Assembly: GCA_002104905.1 (NCBI GenBank)
Contig: MCFE01000506.1
Coordinates: 1-64,000 of the forward strand
Source of the DNA: Basidiobolus meristosporus CBS 931.73
Lineage: Eukaryota > Fungi > Basidiobolomycota
Length of the DNA stretch: 64,000 bases
Direction: 5' to 3'
A program made the translations under genes and the position numbers. The notes below the pieces were generated by a model. That model ran no database searches. It worked only from the letters and a program-made list of their open reading frames with translations, and had not been told where the DNA came from. Below, piece after piece: positions 38,408 to 48,076 of the stretch (positions are counted from its first letter, which is position 1; the number at the start of each line of letters is the position of its first letter).

Positions 38408-39140
38408 AGACTTGTTCTGTTGGATAGTGCCACATTGAGCCATGAGTGCCAAATAGTGCCATAGTGTGCCTGAGAGTCATAGTAGACCTAAACTTGGCCA
38501 CAGAGTGTGGCATAGAGTTCTGCATATTCATGCAAAGCAGCCCCTGTGTTTCACCTACAGTGCAGGAGAAAATCAATTTTTTAACCTTTTTTTTGGATCA
38601 AAATTGTGCATGACATAAAAGAGCACTGACAGACTGAAGATATGCATCTGGTACACAATACCCATGGCACTCTAAATCTAGCCCCACAGGCTTGTAGCAT
38701 GTCACAAAAATGCATGGCACTATCTTGGTCCACTGGTACTATCTGGCACTATAAGTGCTTTGTATAGGTTCTACTTTAGGGCTAATATTTAAATATAGTG
38801 CCAGATAGTACCAGTGGACCAAGATAGTGCCATGCATTTTTGTGACATGCTACAAGCCTGTGGGGCTAGATTTAGAGTGCCATGGGTATTGTGTACCAGA
38901 TGCATAACTTCAGTCTGTCTGTGCTCTTTTATGTCATGCACAATTTTGATCCCAAAAAAAAGGTTAAAAAATTGATTTTCTCCTACACCGTAGGTGAAAT
39001 ACAGGGGCTGCTTTGCATGAATATGCAGAACTCTATGCCACACTCTGTGGCCAAGTTTAGGTCTGCTATGACTCTCAGGCACACTATGGCACTATTTGGC
39101 ACTCATGGCTCAATGTGGCACCATCCAACGGAACAAGTCT
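38408..39140. mobile_element. 733-bp palindromic (fold-back) non-autonomous element
   Basis: ~345-bp inverted arms (9 mismatches counted), ~42-bp spacer, ends AGACTTGTTC/GAACAAGTCT, TSD ATT/ATT. Confidence 0.96.
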
Positions 39141-39143
39141 ATT

Positions 39144-41020
39144 CTGCTTTGAGAGCATCATAATGTTAGCAGCTTGGAATTATTCACCCTCTTCATAATT
39201 GTATGGCAGGATTGTGAAGGTGTTTGTCTGTTTTTGCTGCCATAAAAGTAGAAATTTGACAATGTTTTAATAGTCTTTTAGCAGGACTGGCAAGGCTTTT
39301 GAAGGACGCAGTGTGGTCTACATTTATTTAAGCAGAACTAACTAGCCAATACATATAATTGCCTTACATGGAAGAGCTTAAGCATGTTTTGACCTGCTTG
39401 TTGCAGACCTTAATTGGAATTATCATGGAGTAGTGTGGCCAAAAGCTAGTCTTGTACAATACTACAACACCAATTTACCATATGGTGATTCTTCTTTGTA
39501 CCTCTCTATGTACCTTTGTTATATCCTACTTTTGTATCACCCTTCCTCATTTGCTTACCCATTACTACCACAGGGCACCCACTGCAATCAACACCAATCT
39601 GTCACCCCATCTTTACAGCTTTTCAGTGCAACACCTGCAACATTACCATACACTTGTATTACCTATGATATATACATTATGTAGGAGTATTCATGGTAGC
39701 TACCACTTTACCATGAATACCTCCTAAATATCTGCAGAGCACTTTTGGTACTTGTTATATATGTTCCTTCTCCCTGCTAATTCTAGTCACTCACATATGT
39801 GTACTGTGGTTCTTGCTGGTACAAATTCTGTATTTAAAGGTACAAAGATTAGCTTGTATCCTACAGAAGGTTGAAATACATTGGTAAAGAAGTATATTTG
39901 AGCTTCAGATAGGCTTATATCTGAAACACTAAACCTACAAAAATGTAAGCTCTAAGAATAATTTACTATAGTATGTTTCCTTGGTGTAATAACTCAATAA
40001 GAAATATTTATGATGATCATGTCAAAAGTCCATCACAAAGCTAAAGTCCCATGACTAGGAGGTAGTGATCCCACCAGGACACCATGTAAAGGCTATTGAC
40101 AAATAATTGTACCCCAGATTTTGTAAGAAACTTGGTCAAAGTTTTTCATTACAACTGTACATAAGTTGCTTGTGATTGGTCCTCTGCTAGTCCTCTCACT
40201 TTCTGATCCTGTACATTCAATCACCTCCTATGCTTATATACTTAGATTTGCTATTGCCTCTTTTTTGCATTCCTTACTTCACAACTCAACCAATTCTCTT
40301 ACATTTTATGCATACATATTGATTTATTTCCACTGAAACATCAGCTCTACTTCATTTGCCAATTATGTTGACCTATACAAGTCCCTATGCCCAACACTAA
40401 ACTTAAGCCCAACCCCACATCCAACAAGTATTTCCATCAAAATTCACCATTCAATAAGTATTTCTGCTGTAATGCTCTTTTTCAATGATTTTGGCTAGAG
40501 CCCTGTGACCTTATGCCACTATCAATTCACTGGTTCCCACATATCCTGGCCTTCAGCCAGCACTGCAAGGGCTAGCACTGCATCTGCCAGTCATTGTAAT
40601 AAATTCTTGCAATATTCAAGTGCATTTTCTTAAGCACTGCTCTTGAGGAAGTGCTGCAACCTCCTGGTGTGCCTATTAGTGTTCCAAGATCTCACTGTAG
40701 GCACTGTAATAGTCTTTTGAGTTTGTAATGTTGTTGCTTCTTTAGTCAGTGGGATCTCCACTCTGTCAACAGTGAAGGATGTGGAAGCAGTGGTAGACAT
40801 ATTGCTACTCTCTGCAAACCCCTTTACCTCACTGGAGTGTAACTCAACTAGCTATGCTTTCAACTCTTGAGAAAACAGCTTTTGTCTTGTTGGCAATTCT
40901 TCTTGGCTATGATGGGATTCACCCTATTTGGGGCTGAAGGCGTTAATTGGTGAGAGCTGCAGCTTTTTCTCAGGCTTCCCTGTCTCTGGCTTGAGTAGGC
41001 CTTTTTCTTTATACATTTAC
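39144..41020 (-). mobile_element. Family A fragments (right-end region 39144-39830; left end plus ORF1 C-terminus ~39993-41020)
   Basis: Homology to 53450-54200 and to 47750-48760. Confidence 0.75.
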
Positions 41021-42419
41021 CCCTTTGAAAACTAATAAGGTCCTGCAGGTGAATTCTATCCAGATCAGCCATCAAGATCCCATCTGGGGACCATTATAAT
41101 GCCAGTAGCTTGGAATTGATGGCCATCTACACAATCTTAAGATGGGATCACAGCAGCATTTGGCAAATTTTGCTGCCAAATAAAGTTAAAAAACATAATG
41201 GTGCTTGAACAGTGTTTTGCCAAGGGTGGCATGGCATTGTGCTGGACTTGTTGCACTCTATAATGCTCAGAGTGGATTGAACTGGCTAGTACATCCAATT
41301 GCCTTATATGGCAAAAAAGCTTGTCAGTGTTTTGATGGCCTCATTGCAAGTCTCAGATTTCATTAGCATGGCAGTATGGTGCCCTACAGCTAGTTCTGTA
41401 TAATGCTACCATTAAAATTTACTAAATGATATTTTCTTTTTCTACCTGCCCTTGCGCAACCCATATATTCCACTCTAGAATCCCCCCTCCTTATTTGCTT
41501 ACCCACTACTATCTTGAGTATTCCACATATAATTTGAATCTAAAAACACTATGGTCTCCTACTTACCAGCCTCTACAATCATGCAAGCCTACCAAAATTG
41601 GCATATTTCTATCACATCAACTTTACAGCTTTTCAGTGTGATACTTGCAAAGTTGCCACATACCTTGTATTGCTGATGACATAGAAGCCTAGCAAACATA
41701 TGCATTATTGTCACCACTTTTACAATGAATAACACCTGAATATCTGCAAAGAACTTTTTGGTACTTAGCCAATAGACTTGGTCCACTGTACCATGTCAGG
41801 GTGTGCAGCACAATCCACAGTTGCAAAGAACAATCAGGTGCAGTTATGTGGCTACCTGAAGGCAGGATTGCTCTTGGACAATTTTGCTCTATGGAGGATA
41901 ATCTTGCACACTATGGCACAATCTGACACAACAAGGCTGGCACAAAAAATTGTGCCAACCTGTAATGTTTGCATCATGTGCACAATTGGATACAATCATT
42001 GTGGTAGGCAAAATCCAGTACTTGGATATGTTTCTTTATGTAAATGGAAATAGATATGTATCACACTATAAACTACACTGATACTTACCATTTTAGCTAC
42101 CATCACTACAATTGGGCAGTATGTCAATGGCTCATTGGTTCAAAAGTATCCTGAAGCTCTTAGCTCCAATTGGCTCATTGACCAATACAGAGATACCTGA
42201 TTTGCCATCTGATATCCCATTTTGCTCATTGAGCCAGTAAATCCCTGATCTCAGTGATTGGACAAGCTGTCATAGCAAGCACACAACCAATTGTGTTGGT
42301 GCAAATCAGATCAAATAGCTGCACTGGTGTTACAGATGATGTATATATATGCAGGGTGCTTATTATAGGGGCTCTGTCACAAATGTGAGATGACCTTAAT
42401 ATTGTGTATAACAAAAATT

Positions 42420-43811
42420 TAGTGAACACTGATTTGCAATGGCTCAATTAGGATTGCAATAAAAATGTGTTATTTGGTTCATGACAAGTATTAACAATTC
42501 AATGCAATTGCATCATCTTCTCCTAGGTTTTTTTCTGATAGGGAATACAACTGAAGCGTTTGGTTGTGATATATTTTGCACACCTGAACTAGTTTCTTGT
42601 TGACTATAATCTTGGCTACTTGTGTACTTGTAGTCAGTATTTTGCCTTGTAGTTGATGAGTGCAATGCTGGAGCTTGGCTGTGCTAAATTGCTTCAGACA
42701 AAATGATGGAATCAGCCTGCAATGCCACTTGCTAACATGTTCTTTTACTTGCCAAAGGCTCTGGTTGTGGAGGCACTTCATGTGGGTCATCATCAGTCAT
42801 TTCACCAGAAGTGACTTGCAGATGGTCAGGTGTGCCGGTATGTGCAGGTGCAACTTGATGCATTGGCATAGCCCTTGGCTGAGTTCAATGTGATGTTACA
42901 TGTTGATGAAACTTGGCCTGCTCCAATGGACTTGTGTCTAAATGGGCAGTTTGGTGGGTTCTGTTAGTCTTACTCTGAAGCGCACATGTTGATCTTATGC
43001 GCATTGACTCAATGCAGGACAAAGTTGTGAGGGGTGTTGGCATAGATTTGACTGACATGTGCCAGTGCACCAACATTGCAGGGGATGGTAAGGAATCCAG
43101 TGTGGCATGCTGGCACAATCAAGAAGCAGTTGCTTGCAGTCTGTATTCTTCCTCTTGAAGTTCACCTCCTAATACTTCAAGGTACTCACTTACACTCTGC
43201 CTGATACATCAGAACTGTTGCCTTGATGAGTCCTGTGTGTATTGCTCTTGGAAGCCACTTCACTCTACTAATATATCACATAGTACATTAGTCATTTGAG
43301 GCAAAAACTCATTCAAAATAGACTTGTTCCATCATTCTAGCTGATCATAGTGCCCAATAGTGCCATAGAGTGCCAGATGGTGTCATACAGTGCCAATTTG
43401 GGATCAAAACTGACATTCATATGACCGTAAAATATCAAATTAATAACAAAGTATACAGCACTTTCTGGCACTATGATCAATGGCACAATGGAACAAGCCT
43501 AATCCCTTTGGTTCCCAAAACTGAGGCACAAACAAATACATCCAGCCCATACTGTGCAAATTGAACGCAGAATTGTTTGTGCACAGCTTCCTCATCAAGT
43601 CCCCTCACTCTCAGCTCATTCTTGACTTAATACTTGTCTTGTTGTATATCTTTTTACATACATCCACTGGCATCTTGATGTAGAACTCATGCCAGAGCTT
43701 TCTACTCAGATTCTTTCATTTCTGCCAACTCTCTGTGGTATCCAGCTCTACTAGATTAATGAGTAGTGACCATATATTGGTATGAAGGCTCATCATAGAC
43801 ACTTGGACCAT
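42420..43811 (-). pseudogene. Family B ORF2 (copy 2), boundaries approximate
   Basis: Homolog of 1132-2670; interrupted by the 181-bp MITE. Confidence 0.55.
43320..43500. mobile_element. 181-bp MITE with family B-type TIRs
   Basis: AGACTTGTTCCA...TGGAACAAGCCT, TSD AAT/AAT; absent from copy 1 (~1440). Confidence 0.92.
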
Positions 43812-44295
43812 ACTAAAATCATTTGGCAAGAACTTAAATGGATCTGTCAGTACCTTTCTGGTCCAGACTGTGCTTGTGAGCTGGGGGATGGGTTTTGTCT
43901 GGGATGTACTAAGTATGAGTTGAGACTTGGTATAGGGACCATATAGATGGATCTAGATTCTAATACAGAAATATATTGGCATCAACCTGGTCTTGTATGA
44001 AATTTATATGAAAACTAATATGATTGTTGAATTTTCCATACATTATGCATAGTGCATGTTGGATTGCATTGACATGGATCAGATCACATCATTGCAGATT
44101 TCTTATTTGATTATAGACTTGTGAGTATATTATCAATAAAGCCACCAAGTCATTGTTTTAGGATGATTTTTGCAACATAATGTTGGGATTCATGTCAATT
44201 CATGAAGATTTAATCACAATACATGGAAATAGATAAATTAAGCTGATTGCACCAAACCAGTTTTAACACCTCTACTCAATCATGGACCAAATTTT

Positions 44296-45051
44296 ATGAC
44301 TTACTCATCTGAATGGTCTTTTCTCATCAGTCCCTTCACTACAGCTGGATATCCTTTTGATACATTAGAAGAGATATATACCAAGTATTATGAACCATCT
44401 AGCCCAATCTGATCAAGGAGATCCCCTGTTAAGCTTCTCTGCTATTAAAAGAGCTATTGCCCTACATGTATTCAATCAACCATTGATGGCAACAGAAATA
44501 CTGGAGGTTTTCATTCTCAGCTGACAGCAATGAAAATCACCTTGCAGAGGGCATCAATGACCTGGAGCAAGCCTGGAATACTAGGCTCAGAAGCACCAAT
44601 GGACTTCCATATCTCACAGTGTTCAGCCACAGGTTCCCTATCAGGAGTGTTTAGGATACCTTCCCAGTCAGGATTAACAGGCCTTCTAGAGGGCAGAGTC
44701 ACTTTTATTCTGGCAAATTCAAGGCACACTGCATGAAGTTTCAAGTACTGTAACATCATCTGGTTTAGTGGGTGATTTGTTGGAAGTAGGCATGGCAATG
44801 CACTGTAGGTAGAGAATCATCCAGGATTCAGTAGAGGGGAGAAGTGTAGGGCAGATTTAGCTTATATGGGAGAGGATTGTCTGAGATTAGGATGCATTAC
44901 AGCTCATAGGAAGCTAAGGAATGGAGTGCTTAGCAGGAAGCAGAAGCTCTACAATGAGATATTTAATCATCTCAGAGTGAGAGTAGAGCATACATCTGCA
45001 TATGTAAAGAGATTCAGCATACTAGCAGGTAAATACAGAGGAAAGTTATGA
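44296..45051 (+). pseudogene. DDE_Tnp_4 (ISL2-like) transposase of family B copy 2, ~250 codons, disrupted
   Basis: ..DTFP..RP..FYSGKFKAHCMKFQ..GSRH..ADLAYMG..YNEIFNHLRVRVEH..KRFSILAGKYRG. Confidence 0.85.
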
Positions 45052-47335
45052 ACTGGAGAAAACAGCAGAATAGGTAAAATAGTCAGAATGCTTATTGACG
45101 CACAGTATATTCATAAAAGAAGACATCCACCAAGAGAAATGTGTCTGAATCTTTATGAAGAGTAAATAAAGCACAAAAAGCACTGTTCTGAGTAACATAA
45201 GTAAGATTGATTAGAGTTACCAGTGACTGTATCTTACCACTGGCATAATGGTAGGCATAAGAGTGCTATATCAATCTGGCACTATAAACAGGCTAGCACT
45301 ATGTGGCACTATCCAGCCAAACAAGTCAAATATATTCCTTCTCCCTGCTGGATTATAGTCCCCCTTATTGGAGCACTCCAGCTCTTGTTTGTGTGAATTC
45401 TGTCTTGAATGGTATAGAAATTGGCTTGCAATCAAGAGAAATCTGGCATACCTTGTAGGGTTTTCTAATAAAATTTTTGTTGCTTGTTGCACCCAACCTA
45501 ACATTGCTTTACTTAACCAACTACCCAGGCATTGGGACTGCTTAAATTCATTATTCCATAGGCATAGGTGTCTCCATGTGCACATCTGTCCTCAGAATTT
45601 TCCAGCTCTTGATGGCTGTACTGCATTTGCCAACTGATCACATCCATGATTGGCTTGAAGGTAATATTCTTAATGAGATTAGGATATGGTAGTACTTGCA
45701 ACTTGACTTACCTTCCTGTCTCCCCACATTTCTGCTCTATAGGAAACTCCCTAAAGGTGAAGCAAGGCTACTATTCTCAACACATCAAGCAAGATGGAAT
45801 AGCAGAAGGATACAGTTGCTGCAGAGATCTACATGTTCAGCTTTATATTTGTAGTACAGCTGGTAAATTCTGTCACAAACTCCTTGCGCAAAAACTATAC
45901 AGGTGTCAAGTTGGCATTGGTGACCCGCTTCTGGATAAATATTCCTATAACATTGACATATGACTCCAAATGCTTCTAATATACTCTTGAAAGAAATAGC
46001 TTCAGAAGGCTACTTGTATAAATACATATCTAGTTCATCCAGTCCTTGCACTTGAATTATTGCATATGTGTACAATTGTTGATTGGAGCCTGTGAGAAGT
46101 ACTAAGGGTAGCAGATACCCTACAATATCTTGCAGTTCTTTCCAATTTCTCCAATATCTCCTAGGTCACATTTAGCTTCAAATGCTCCATGTACAACTTG
46201 GTCATCTGTATGTGGATTTTGCTTAGAAGCAAATGAATTGCTCCCGGTGGAAAGCATTTGCTCCAACAGATACCCTCTATCTTAAGCAACTCTGAATTCC
46301 ATTAATTACATATTCTGGTTGATGGCTATAGCTTGCCGACTTTGTTGCAACTACAGATTATCTTCTGTATATTCTCTGAGCAGGAAGACAATGTCCTAGT
46401 GTTAATGTTGGCCAATAATAATGTGGGTGTTTTATGGAGTAAGTCCCCTGGATCTCACTGATGGAGATCCCACTGACAGACAAGTCTACAACATCAAGAA
46501 CTCAAAAGACTATCACAATGCCTTTGGTGGAATTTTGGAATATCAATAGGCACACCAAGGGGTTGCATCACTTCTTCAAGAGCAGTGCTCAAGAATACAC
46601 ACTTGAAATTGCAAGGACCTGTTGCAATGACTGGAAGATGAGATGCTAGACCTTGCAGTGATGGCTGAAGACCAGGATGTGTGGGAACCAGTGCATGAGC
46701 AGTGGCATAAAGCTCTTGGGTTCCCACCAAAGTCATGGAATCAGAGTATTACAGCAGAAATACTTTCTGAGTGGTGGATTTTAATGGAGGTACTTGCTGA
46801 GTGTGGTGTTGGGCTTAATGTCAGTGTAGGGTACAGGGACTTGTATAGGTCAATATAATTAGCTATTGAGGTATAACTGAAGTTTTAACAGAAATAAACA
46901 ACTTGCTTGCATGAAAAATAAGAGAATTGGTTGGGTCAGGTAGTAAGGAGTGTGAAAAAGAGGCAATAACCAATCAATGCACACAAATGTAGGAGGTGAA
47001 AGAGTGTCTGGGATCAGAACGCAAGAAAATTGGCAGAGAACTAATTAAAAGCCACTTTTGTATTGTTGTGATGAAAAATTTTGACCAAGTTTTTTATGAT
47101 ATCTTGGGTGCAATTATTTTTTGACACTCTTTGCATAGTGTCCTGGTGGAATCATTACCTCTTAGTAATGGGAATTGGAATCTGTGACAGCCTTTTGAAG
47201 GGATCATCACAATAATTTTTCATAGACAAAGTATTTCTCACAGGCTCCAAGCAATATTGATATCTATATGCAACAATACAAACACAAGGATTGGATGGAC
47301 TGGATGAATATTTATTCAAGTGGCCTTCTGAAGCA

Positions 47336-47747
47336 ATTTCTTAGTAGCAACTGAGTTCTGTTTGATTGGATACCTTCAGCTCCTTAGACAGGCAGGCTTT
47401 AGTCTCCTCCAATATTTCTAAGTTATTGGCAGCAATAATAAGTTCATCCATGTGGAGAGCTAATAGACCTGAATCTGTTCTATCTAGCTTATTGTATATA
47501 CTATAGTCTACAGTACTCCCTTAGGAACCCAAAGATTCCATATATGAATCCATCTTGCCATTCTAGGCATTTGGTGATTGTTTGAGTCTATTTAGGGACT
47601 TTTTAAGCTTACAGACATAATGGGAGCTATCCTGGTCAAAAAACCCATCAGGCTGGTCCATGTACCCATCCCAGCAAGTTTCCCTGTCAAAGATGCAATC
47701 TTTACATCCATTTGATGACTGAAAAGCCTATATTTACCTGTAATATA
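47336..47747 (-). pseudogene. Copia RT fragment, probably the continuation of the family C element at 54265-57013
   Basis: HQMDVK..YMDQPDGF..VCKLKKSL. It continues the RT motif order broken at 54265 (..IRLILAI) by the family A insertion. Confidence 0.8.
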
Positions 47748-48076
47748 CCCTATGATAAACTATTGAGATGATCCCATCAAAAGGCCATCACAAAGTTAGA
47801 GTCTTGTGATTAAGAGGTACTGATCTTGTCAGGACACTGTCCAGAGACCATTGAAAAATAATTGTACCCCAGATTTCACAAAAAACTTAGTCAAAATTTT
47901 TCATCATGACAATGTAAAATGGCTTTTGATTGGTTCCCAGCCAATTTGCTCACTTTCTGATCTCAGACACTCTCTTGCCTCCTATGTTTGTGTGAATTGA
48001 CTGGCTATTGCCGCTTTGTACACTCCTTACTTCCTGACTCAACTGTTTCTCTTACTTTTCATGTGTACAATTTGAT

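Larger units (their letters stand above)
41774..45328. mobile_element. Full-length family B DNA transposon (copy 2)
   Basis: Left end AGACTTGGTCCA, right end ...CCAAACAAGTCA, TSD AAT on both sides. Flanks rejoin into family A sequence (compare 53500-53540). Confidence 0.93.
41021..47227. mobile_element. Family A copy in reverse orientation with central deletion (~46458), hosting family B copy 2
   Basis: CCCTTTGAAAA at 41021; transposase (-); ORF1 C-terminus (+) 46461-46860; ends TTTTTCATAGAC at 47227. TSD not recognisable. Confidence 0.8.

Noticed and set aside
38770-38782. TTAGGG in the palindrome spacer as a telomere seed
   Set aside because: Single hexamer, altered in the copy near 4235 (TTTGGG).
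38408-39140. GGCACTAT/ATAGTGCC repeats as a CRISPR-like array
   Set aside because: Short, irregularly spaced subterminal motifs in a eukaryotic MITE; no repeat-spacer periodicity.
47742-47750. Alternative 6-bp TSD (TAATAT/TAATAG) with ACCC..GGGT ends for family A
   Set aside because: It fits this site and the host reading frame, but other ends lack the extra A/T and the 32559-38288 copy shows a validated 3-bp TSD.
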